A stretch of 64,000 nt of DNA from Octopus vulgaris (taxonomy: Eukaryota). The notes below the pieces were generated by a model. The model saw only the letters and a program-made list of their open reading frames with translations, was not told where the DNA came from and made no database searches. The stretch is from positions 187,674,001-187,738,000 of the forward strand of contig OX597815.1 of NCBI GenBank assembly GCA_951406725.2, in the 5' to 3' direction. This document shows, in pieces, positions 12,801-22,830 of this stretch (position 1 is the stretch's first letter; every line of letters begins with the position of its first letter). Position numbers and translations under genes: made by a program.

Positions 12801-14453
12801 TCTTGTTTTAGTATTTAATATTAACATTGTTAAACAGTTGAAATTTACTTAACTTTCCTTTGGAAAAACTCTGTAAAGCTATTTTTTTGGTAACTTGGAA
12901 ATGACAATGCAAATTTTTGTTCATCTCCTGTTATTTATTTGTTTTTCAATTTCTGAGATGAGAAATTCTTTCACTTCATTGAAAAATGAATATAATCATA
13001 GAATTTGGCCAATTTCTTTACAAACCAAGGTAATACAAATCAATTCTAGGGAATTTGGCTGTTACGTGGATACTATGGGAAAACGTTCAAAATGTGCAGG
13101 AAAGAAGTTAATATATTTAAATTTAATACTCTTCATATTTTTTTTCCTATTTAAAGATTATATTTGATACAGTAGCTTTGAAAATAAAAATACTTTTTGA
13201 ACTGTTTGGTAGAATATTTCTGTGCACCATTGACATTTAAAACATAATTCTGTAACTGGATGAACATTAACATACTTCAGTATCATTTGTATATTTTTAG
13301 TAACTCTTACTAAAATTTTAAATGTGTTTTCTTCTTTAAAAAATATCTTGTATAAATGTCTGTGTGTGTGTATGTGTGTATGTATATATCTACATAAAAG
13401 TTTCGATATGTTTTATGTATGTGTGCAAACAGCTGTAAATGTATACAAGTATATGCGTCATTGCAATATTTGGTTATAGCTTATTGTTTAAGTAGGTTTT
13501 ATTAAAGACATGACCTTTATATATATATATGTGTGTGTGTGTGTATTGTTGATCATACTTTTCAGAATATTCATAAGATTGATTGGTATTCTTTATATAG
13601 TTCGGTAACAAATGTTTCTTGATCACTGTGAAGTGAATATAGTAATTTTCTCAACAGTAGAATACATCAATATTATTTTATATATATAGGCAACTACTAA
13701 ATAGTGTTATCAATACAAGGTGAATTTTATTGTATTATCGTTGCAAGGGTGAAGGTCTTTGTGGTAAGATTGCAAGTATGAAAGATACATTTTATTGGCT
13801 CATGTAATTTAAATAAAAGCGTATAGAAAAAAATTTATTGTGTGCATGTGTAAAAACTTCCTTTGTATGGTTGCATATCCAGTATTAATCATCTCTATTT
13901 ATCATGCATATGTATGACATTATAAATATATATTCATGAGCATGTGTGTCTACCTAGAGGTAGTCTGCATGTAATTGTGACTGTAGCCTTTGTTTGCATG
14001 GTGGCTGCATGGATAAAGATAGAGTAAAGAAAAAAGTATGTCACAGTGTGATTGAAAATAATCCAAATATTTTCATGAAAGAAACAATGCCAGTTTGCAG
14101 TGGTGGGGATTTTTGATACAGTCAGGTGTGAAATCATTGTGATCACCAAGTCGGCTGCTGATGAGGGTTGTGTTTCCACAGTGTAAACTACATATATATA
14201 TATATATTATATTATTCAAAGAAGCTCTGTCTGTTTTTTATGTTTTTTTTTTTATATTCTTTATAATATTAATGTAGAATATAGAATATATAGTATAAAA
14301 AGTATATATAGTATAATGAAATGAAGTATTGATTGTCTTATTGAATAGATTAAATATTGAATATCAAATATTAAGGGACTAGTGTACTTTCTTGCATTAA
14401 AGCAGTTTTCAAGGTCCCAAGTTGTGACAGGAATGTTTCAACTGTATATATAT

Positions 14454-14500
<47 letters not shown>

Positions 14501-14521
14501 CATATATATGTTTGTATATGC

Positions 14522-14562
<41 letters not shown>

Positions 14563-14568
<6 letters not shown>

Positions 14569-14704
14569 TAAAAATGGTAAGATAACAAAAGAAAGAAAGA
14601 GACTTCAATATTATGTAAATAGAGGAAATTTATCTGTAAAATAATATGTGACTCAGATTTTTATCTTCGCTACTGAATAATCGTCACATATTATTTTACA
14701 GATA
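14563..14704. mobile_element. Fold-back element in (TA)n
   Basis: Perfect 22-bp arms TATCTGTAAAATAATATGTGAC (14631-14652) / GTCACATATTATTTTACAGATA (14683-14704); loop shares TCAGATTTTTATCT with the 22664-22830 element. Confidence 0.8.
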
Positions 14705-14727
14705 TATATATATATATATATATATAT

Positions 14728-14955
14728 GGGAGTGAGTGGACAGATGAAAGCAAAAGGCACTCAACACATTTAGTAAGAGTTACATGTATTGTTCAAAACA
14801 GTTTGATTTGATTTCATGTGACTTAAAGTTTCATGGGCCTTTTTGAGGCTTTAGACTACCAAATCAGTAAGATTTAGTTAGATTCAGTAATCTAAAGCCT
14901 GAAAGAGATGGGCTTTTGTTAGATGCCCACGAAACTTTAAGTCTAACTGTTTTAT
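14728..14955 (+). mobile_element. Fold-back element in (TA)n with hammerhead-like core
   Basis: CTGAAAGA-GATGGGC-loop-GCCCAC-GAAA-CTTTAAG-TC at 14899-14943; inverted, internally deleted copy at 14820-14859. Confidence 0.7.
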
Positions 14956-14991
14956 ATAATATATATGTATATGTAAGCAATATATATATAT

Positions 14992-15158
14992 AGGCGCAGG
15001 AGTGGCTGTGTGGTAAGTAGCTTGTTTACCAACCACATGGTTCCGGGTTCAGTCCCACTGCGTGGCACCTTGGGCAAGTGTCTTCTACTATAGCCTTGGG
15101 CTGACTAGAGCCTTGTGAGTGGATTTGGTAGACGGAAACTGAAAAGAAGCTTGTCGTA

Positions 15159-15214
<56 letters not shown>

Positions 15215-15425
15215 TGTGTGTGTTTATGTGTCTGTGTTTGTCCCTCTAGCAACCGATACTGGTGTGTTTCTGTCTCCGTTACTTAGCGGTTCGGCAAAAG
15301 AGACCAATAGAATAAGTACTGGGCTTACAAAAGAATAAGTCCCGTGGTCGAGTTGGTCGATTAAAGGCGGTGCTCCAGCATGGCCGCAGTCAAATGACTG
15401 AAACAAGTAAAAGAGTAAAAGAGAG
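14992..15425 (+). mobile_element. SINE family A
   Basis: Full consensus match. Confidence 0.93.
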
Positions 15426-15469
15426 AAAGTGTAATATATATGCAATTCCACCTGTACAGGCTTAGCCTT

Positions 15470-15701
15470 TCAGGTGCCAGTGCTGCATAAACAGCACTTG
15501 TGCCATGGCATATAATCAGCACCCAGTACACTCCTAAGTGGTTGGTGTTAGGAAAGACATCCAAACGTAGAAACCATGCCACACCAGATAATTGGAGGCT
15601 GCACAGCTCCCTGGCTGGCCAGCTCCATGTGACACTGTCCAACCCATGCCAGCATGGAAAACAGACATTACATGATAATAATGATGATGATGATGATGAT
15701 G
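15470..15701 (+). mobile_element. SINE family C 3' part ((GAT)n RTE-like tail)
   Basis: GTGGTTGGTGTTAGGAAAGACATCCA...CCAACCCATGCCAGCATGGAAAACAGACATTA..(GAT)n. Confidence 0.85.
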
Positions 15702-15749
15702 AAGCAATAGTTTTAATGATAGGGAGTATGGCGACTAGTGAGAGGAGGG

Positions 15750-16131
15750 AAGCACTCCATCGGTTACTACGACGAGGGTTCCGGTTGATCCGAATCAACG
15801 GAACAGCCTGCTCGTGAAATTAACGTGTAAGTGGCTGAGCACTCCACAAACACGTGTACCCTTAACGTAGTTCTCGGGGATATTCAGCGTGACACAGAGA
15901 GTGACAAGGCCGGCCCTTTGAAATACAGGTACAACAGAAACAGGAAGTAAGAGTGAGAGAAAGTTGTGGTGAAAGAGTACAGCAGGGATCACCACCATCC
16001 CCTGCTGGAGCCTCGTGGAGCTTTAGGTATTTTCGCTCAATAAACACTCACAATGCCCGGTCTGGGAATCGAAACTGCGATCCTATGACCGCGAGTCCGC
16101 TGCTCTAACCATTGGGCCATTGCACCTCCAC
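15750..16131 (-). mobile_element. SINE family D (tRNA-derived head), tail type 1
   Basis: Reverse strand reads GTGGAGGTGCAATGGCCCAATGGTTAGAGCAGCGGACTCGCGGTCATAGGATCGCAGTTTCGATTCCCAGACCGGGC (A/B boxes). Confidence 0.9.
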
Positions 16132-16417
16132 ATGGAGACTAGTACATCCTCAGGAAATAAATTTTGAGGATGTAACAGTCTCCGTATTCCCTATCGTTAT
16201 AATCATTGCTAATATATGTTCGAGATAGTATTACCTTCCAATGAAGCAAACACAAAACTACCCATCGGAGGAATTTACAGCATGAGTGACAACTGATAGT
16301 AGTCATAGACACTAAATACTAACTGATGCTGTTTGCCACAGCCTTAGACATAACTAAGAGCTACCACGGTATCCACCCAGATAATACATCTCTCTAAACT
16401 CATTAATTATATATATA

Positions 16418-16747
16418 TTGGATAATAAAACGAATGGTTTACACTTGGTAGCTTATTGGTAAAACATGGTCACTTTCACAGTAATCGTTATGTATATGGT
16501 AAATGAAAGACGGAAGATGGAATATACTAGAATTTATTATTAATTATGACAATTCTTTTGAACACTCAGCAACTGGTTCAGGAGCATCTGGTGGTGCAGA
16601 TGTGTCTCATCAGGTGATAAATAGACATAACTCGTTAAAATAACAGTTCCACGATGTAATTTCTTATTTTCTAGAAAGAAAAGCTGCCAGACGGAGGAAA
16701 TAATAAATTCTCATATATTCCGTCTTCCATCTTTCGTTTGCCATATA
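16418..16747 (-). mobile_element. Fold-back element in (TA)n with hammerhead-like core on the minus strand
   Basis: ~49-bp arms at 16493-16541 / 16699-16747; minus strand at 16570-16613 reads CTGATGA-GAC-ACATCTG-caccac-CAGATG-CTC-CTGAAC-CAGTTG. Confidence 0.7.
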
Positions 16748-16760
16748 TATTTATATATAT

Positions 16761-17122
16761 ACGTAAAGTATACTAGCCATCTCATTATGGCTAACCACTA
16801 AGGGTGGGTGTTACTGTAGCTTTTAGCCCCAGGAGATCATCGTCTCCAGCTGGCTTTAAGCACACTTTCTGTGCCCTTATGGTATTTGCAAAGGGAGGTC
16901 ATCCCTCTCTCGTAAACCTAAGTGATACGCACGGACTGCAGTTCTTAGGTATTGCAGTTTCTGCAGTTTACGAGGGAGGGATGATCTCCCTTTGCAAATA
17001 CCATAAGGGCACAGAAAGTGTGCCTTAAGCCAGCTGGAGACGATGATCTTCTGGGGCTAAAAGCTACAGTAACACCCACCCTTAATGGTTAGCCATATTG
17101 AGATGGCTAGTATACTTTACGT
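16761..17122. repeat. Long palindrome: 157-bp arms, 48-bp spacer
   Basis: 16761-16917 is the reverse complement of 16966-17122 with about 7 mismatches. Confidence 0.97.
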
Positions 17123-17167
17123 TGTCGAGCAGTTACTGTTTACATCTCGTTCAGAGATTTATTATTG

Positions 17168-17288
17168 CCTGGTAAAGTAATTTGGTGTATTGGACTATAT
17201 TCTGTAACTTTGATTTCATATCTTCTTGGTACCAATTTGAACTTCCTTTTCTTTGAGAGTTGATAAAAAATGCAGTTTGAATCAAATA
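17168..17288 (+). repeat. ~120-bp direct duplicate of 18681-18801
   Basis: CCTGGTAAAGTAATTTGGT...AAATGCAGTTTGAATCAAATA at both places, about 3 mismatches. Confidence 0.93.
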
Positions 17289-18179
17289 TATATATATATA
17301 TCATATATCATTAGCATACTAGAAAAAATGCTTAGTGGCATTTTGTCCGTCTTTCTGAGTTCAAATTCTGCCGAGGCTGACTTTGCCTTTCATCCTTTTG
17401 GGGGGTACTGATAAAATAAGTACCAGTCATGCATTGGGGACGATGCAATCAACTTACTCCCTTCTTGAAATTTTGTGCCAAAATTTGAAATCAGTAATGA
17501 AACTAGTTTTCCTGGAATTCCAAATTATAATTTAACTAACCATTTTTGGAGTCATCTAGTGAGTGATTTGATCTGAGATTAAAACTAAACTCATTTAAAC
17601 CCACAGCTTATGGAAGAGCTATTTGAGCCAGCGTATAACAAATAGAAACTTTTAAATTCAGTTTTTAATCTATTTGTTGAGCAGTTAAAAGTTTCTTCAA
17701 CCAATTGCAGTTTGGTCACTAACATGTCTGTGCGACAAGAAATAAACTGGAAGGGAACTCAATAATTTTTGTTATTTAAAATGGCTAACATGTTTTTTTC
17801 CATGATGTAATTGCTTAACTATCCATGTTATTTTTAATCTAAGCTGTTTAAAATTTCACTCCCAAGAATGTTGTTCTTACACTCCTTATACTCTAACTCT
17901 TCTCTAAGTCCTTTTTAAAAATACTTCTCCTTGTTTCACCAGATTTCCTTCTATCTTTCAAATTATTTCCTCATTCATCCTGACCTCTCCTTAATTGAAT
18001 TTCACCCTTTCTGCAGTACAAAGCTTTGTATCTACTCCTTTTGTTTTCATAAAGACGTATACTTTCTCTGACATCGCTTTCTCCCCTCTCCCCTTCCTTC
18101 ATTCATCTTTCTCTTTTCTCTCTCTGTTTTCCATGTTCCTCTCCAGTTACAGTTTCTTGTTAGTATATATCATTTGTTA

Positions 18180-18630
18180 AGGCAGTGAGCTTGCAGAAAC
18201 GTTAGCACGTTGGGTGAAATGCTTAGCAGTATTTTATCTGTCTTTATATTCTGAGTTCAAATTTCACCGAGGTTGACTTTGCCTTTCATCCTTTCAAGGT
18301 TGATAAATTAAGTACCTATTTCTTTACTACCCATAAGGGGCTAAACACAGAGGGGACAAACAAGGACAGACAAACAGATTAAGTCGATTACATCGACCCC
18401 AGTGCGAAACTGGTACTTATTTAATTGACCCCGAAAGAATGAAAGGCAAATTCGACCTCGGCGGAATTTGAACACAGAACGTAACGGCAGACAAAATACG
18501 GCTTAGCATTTCGCCCGGCGTGCTAACGATTCTGATAAATTAAGTACCAGTTGCATACTGGAGTCGATCTAAATGGATGCCCCCCCCCAAAAAAAAATAT
18601 CGGGCTTTGTGCCTAGAGTAGAAAAGACCA
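18180..18630 (+). mobile_element. SINE B with an antisense SINE B nested at ~18316-18531
   Basis: 16-bp TSD TGATAAATTAAGTACC at 18301 and 18533 flanks the inverted copy. Confidence 0.9.
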
Positions 18631-18887
18631 TTAACATTACAATTCATACCAAGTTAGTGAATAGCACAATTGGTAAACTACCTGGTAAAGTAATTTGGTA
18701 TATTGAACTATATTCTGTAACTTTGATTTCATATCTTCTTGGTACCAACTTGAACTTCCTTTTCTTTGAGAGTTGATAAAAAATGCAGTTTGAATCAAAT
18801 ACTGGTCTCACTGCACCTGATAGTGCCATCATCCAAAATAAATAACCATGAGCCAATGATACAAATCAATATTATAATTATAAATAT

Positions 18888-19082
18888 AGGGCAGAGAGCT
18901 GACAGAATCAATGCTTTGTGGCATTAAATTTGTCTTCACATTCTGAGTTCAAATGCTACTGAGGTTGACTTTGCCTTTCATTCTTTCTGGGTGAAATAAG
19001 TACCAGTTGAAGACTGGGGTTGATCTAATCGACTGGCCTCCTCCCCCAAAATTTTGGGCCTTGTCCCTAGAGTAGAAAAGAG
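18888..19082 (+). mobile_element. SINE family B (tail B2)
   Basis: TTCTGAGTTCAAAT..GAGGTTGACTTTGCCTTTCAT...AAGTACCAGT...CCTAGAGTAGAAAAG. Confidence 0.85.
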
Positions 19083-19339
19083 TGTATATAATTTCTCCTT
19101 GTGTGTGTGTGTGTATATATTTCATTTAATTGAGAGCTTTGCCTTAATTTTTCATTGGCATATACAAATTTACTCCACTCATTTGTCCACTAAGCAGGAT
19201 GTTCTCTCTGAGAATTCTTACTATGATTATTAGATTCTTAAACGATTCATTTAGCTTTAAAAAGAACAAATTAATTTTACCAGTTTGTTAAAGGAAGGGC
19301 AAATCCATAAAACTTTTCCAAAAGTTTTCAAGAGGAGTA

Positions 19340-19546
19340 GGTGAATGGACCACGAAAGCGAGGTAGACCGAGGAAAATGTGGAGGGGATAGGTAGAGGAG
19401 GAGATTGGGAGGGTTGGCTTAAGAAGGGAGGATGCCCAAAACTGGGCAAGATGGTGTGAGGGTGGTTGCTATGGCATTGAGGTAGATCTGGCCACCCCTA
19501 TTAACAGGGACAAAACCTGGATTTAAAACACTGGATGATGATGATG
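19340..19546 (+). mobile_element. RTE LINE 3' end
   Basis: Encodes VNGPRKRGRPRKMWRG*VEEEIGRVGLRREDAQNWARW (the RTE GRP..TW C-terminal motif) followed by a (GAT)n tail. Confidence 0.85.
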
Positions 19547-19732
19547 AATGGGTCAGTATGCTATTGGTTAGTGTCCCTCAACCTTCTGCCAGAGCTGCAT
19601 GGAGCTAAGGTGTTTCACTCATAAACACACACTTCACTTGGTCTGAGATTCAATCCTGCGATCTCTCGACCATGAGTCTGCTGCTCTAACCACTTGGCCA
19701 TGTGCCTCCACAAGTTTCTATATATACATAAC

Positions 19733-19950
19733 TATTAGGTTGGTGCATAATTATTGTGGATTTTTTCAATAAATTTTATTCAGCTAAAAATTTTAACAAA
19801 ATGCCAATTTAAACAAAATGCAGTAATTGAAGTAGATGGTGAATATGCTCCGGAATAATCATTTAAAGATGTTTTTGTTAAATATTGTTATTGTTTTTGT
19901 CGATAAAATTTATTGACAAAAAGCTGCAATAATTATGCACCAACCTAATA
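19733..19950. mobile_element. Mariner-type MITE with MADE1/Hsmar1-like TIR
   Basis: TATTAGGTTGGTGCATAATTATTG / CAATAATTATGCACCAACCTAATA with TA TSD; inverted similarity continues inward (TTTTTCAATAAATTTTAT). Confidence 0.9.
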
Positions 19951-20466
19951 ATTAAAACAGCAATGATTTGTGCTCAACAAAAAAGGGGAGGCCATCCCCA
20001 AACTGGGACTACACCTGTAAAAGGTTACGCTCTGTATTTGGTGAGATATGAAGGATGTTATGCCTCTGTTAAAAATCATTTTGTCATGTTTTTCTTTTAT
20101 CATTTCCATGTCAAGTATTGTTTTAGTGTCCTTTTTATCAGATAACTTCTTTTGTTGTTTGTATGATTTATGCCTTCATTGAGTTGTTTTTTTATTAATA
20201 GATCTTTTGTCATAAGACATATGACATGAATGCATATTAATAAAGATAGCTGAAAGTGGATTCATCCACCCATAAAATGACTGGTAATATGAGTTTAATT
20301 TCCAATCAGCCAGTAGATCCCCCAGGCTCACATCCCATTCAGAAATATCTTAGGAGTCTGAGGCAGATACTTCTAACATTGACTAAATACTATCTTCATA
20401 GTTAACAAAAAATTGCAGAATAACCATTTAATTCAAATTGATAGTGCAATATAAACTGAGTGCATG

Positions 20467-20532
<66 letters not shown>

Positions 20533-20723
20533 TGTGTGTGTGAGCATACCTGTCTCTCTGTTTGTTCATCTCTTATGTGTGTGTGTATATGTGTATCTAG
20601 CTGTCTGTCTGTGCATGTCTCTTCTATTTTTTAATTATTATAAGTCTTCCACTGAGGAGGGACTCCATTTCCAACAAAGATACAAGGCTTTATATATATA
20701 TATATGTATGTATGTATGTATGG

Positions 20724-20754
<31 letters not shown>

Positions 20755-20929
20755 TGTATGTATGTATGCATGCATTCATGTATACATGTGTGTATGTATG
20801 CGTGTATGTATGTATGCGTATGTATGTATGTATGTATGTCTGAATGTATGTATGTATGTGTGTATGTATGTATGAATATATGCCTGTATGTATGTATGTA
20901 TGTATGTATGTGTTACATCAAGTTACATC

Positions 20930-21117
20930 CATCAAGAGGTGCTGATCTCTAATTGTAGCGGGAACATGTAGGAGGGTAAACCCAGGAAGATGTGCAATGA
21001 AATAGTGAGAAAATATCTACAGATGGGACTGATAGAGGGGATGACAGGGGACTGAGAATCCTGGTGGTTTGCATACTGGCTGACCCCTGCAACCCTCTCC
21101 AGCTGAGCAGCCCTAAT
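20930..21117 (+). repeat. 188-bp direct duplicate of the RTE segment at 22009-22196
   Basis: One mismatch seen (CTACAGATG vs CTACGGATG). Confidence 0.95.
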
Positions 21118-21560
21118 ACACACATACATACAGACATACACACATACATACATACATTCATACATACATACACACATACATGCATACATATAGACATACA
21201 TACACACATACATGCATACATATACACATACATACATACCTATTTCTTTATTACCCACAAGGGGCTAAACACAGAGGGGACAAACAAGGACAGACATAGG
21301 TATTAAGTCGATTACATCGACCCCAGTGCGTTACTGATAAATTAAGTACCAGTAACGCACTGGGGTCGATGTAATCGACTTAATACCTATGTCTCTCCTT
21401 GTTTGTCCCCTCTGTGTTTAGCCCCTTGTGGGTAATAAAGAAATAGGTATGTATGTATGTGTATATGTATGCATGTATGTGTGTATGTGTGTCTATATGT
21501 ATGCATGTATGTGTGTATGTATGTATGAATGTCTGTATGTATGTGTATGTCTGTCTATGT
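21118..21560. repeat. Palindrome made of a SINE B tail plus its flanking microsatellite, 13-bp spacer
   Basis: 21118-21336 is inverted at 21350-~21560; spacer ATAAATTAAGTAC. Confidence 0.95.
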
Positions 21561-21761
21561 ATGCATGTGAGTATGTATGGGAATATGTATGTATGGCTGT
21601 ATGTATGTATAGAAGCAGAAGTGTTGCTGTGTGGTTTAGAAGTTTGCTTCCCAGCCTAGTTGTTTTGAGTTCAGTTCCACTGTGTGACACTTTGGACAAG
21701 TGTCTGATACAATAGGCTCAGGACAACCAGTATTCTGTGAGTGAATTTAGAATGAAACCTG

Positions 21762-21792
<31 letters not shown>

Positions 21793-21859
21793 TAAATTGA
21801 ACATTAAAAATATCAAGTAACAAAACAAGGATATGTGAAGGCTTGAAAGATATGAGGCA

Positions 21860-22196
21860 AGCTGTGCTCTGCTTGATGGGTAATGTCAGTGTGCATACAT
21901 GACGGAGTGTAAGTGATTTTGAGAGGAAAGCTAAGGCATCAGATGTAGTGTGAAAGAGAGAAGACTGTGCTGGTATGGTCTCATAATGCATATGAATGAA
22001 GACAGTTACATCAAGAGGTGCTGATCTCTAATTGTAGCGGGAACATGTAGGAGGGTAAACCCAGGAAGATGTGCAATGAAATAGTGAGAAAATATCTACG
22101 GATGGGACTGATAGAGGGGATGACAGGGGACTGAGAATCCTGGTGGTTTGCATACTGGCTGACCCCTGCAACCCTCTCCAGCTGAGCAGCCCTAAT
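21860..22196 (+). mobile_element. RTE LINE 3' fragment
   Basis: GIRCSVKERRLCWYGLIMHMNEDSYIKRC*SLIVAGTCRR/KPRKMCNEIV resembles the RTE RLRWYGHV.RM...GRPRKTW motif. Confidence 0.85.
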
Positions 22197-22204
22197 CTTT
22201 CAGG

Positions 22205-22659
22205 CTCATAAATGCCGGTGCCATGTAAATAGCGCCCATACCAGTGCCACATTAAAGCACCCTTGCCGGTGCTGTGTAAAAGCACCCTGTACACTCTGTA
22301 AAGTGGTTGACATTAGGAAGGGCATCTAGCCATAGAAACCATGCCACAACAGACAATTGGACTCTGGACAGTTCCTCAGCTAGCCAGCTCTTGTCAAGCC
22401 ATCCAACGCATGCCAGCAGGGAAGATGGATGTTAAATGATGATAATGATATATATATATATCTGTGTCGGTGGCACGTAAAATGCACCCACTACACTCAC
22501 GCAGTGGTTGGCGTTAGGAAGGGCATCCAGCTGTAGAAACACTGCCAGATCTGACTGGCCTGGTGCAGCCTTCAGGCTTCCCAGACCCCAGTTGAACCGT
22601 CCAACCCATGCTAGCATGGAAAGCAGACGTTAAACGATGATGATGATGATGATGATGAT
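22205..22659 (+). mobile_element. Two tandem SINE C 3' parts
   Basis: Two copies of TTAGGAAGGGCATC..., each ending GTTAAA(C/T)GATGAT. Confidence 0.88.
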
Positions 22660-22663
22660 ATAA

Positions 22664-22830
22664 TATCTGAAATATATAGTATTATACATCCATCACGGGT
22701 GATCTTGGTTAGTTCTGATGAGCATAAGGTTATATAATCAGATTTTTATCTAACACTCCATTGTATTCCTTGCATGAAACCAATTGGTAAGATCAACTGT
22801 GATGGATTATAATACAATATATTTCAGATA
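22664..22830 (+). ncRNA. Type I hammerhead-ribozyme-like motif inside a fold-back element
   Basis: CTGATGA (22715-21), GCATAAGG..CCTTGCAT, GAAA (22776-79), palindromic CCAATTGG, TA; enclosed by ~43-bp inverted arms. Confidence 0.7.

Noticed and set aside
14158-14190. CTGATGAGGG-TTGTG-TTTC-CACAG-TGTAAAC as a hammerhead
   Set aside because: No intact GAAA and no helix I/III pairing; chance level.
18644-18856. 70-aa minus-strand ORF as an exon
   Set aside because: No recognisable homology and weak splice context; partly duplicated as filler DNA.
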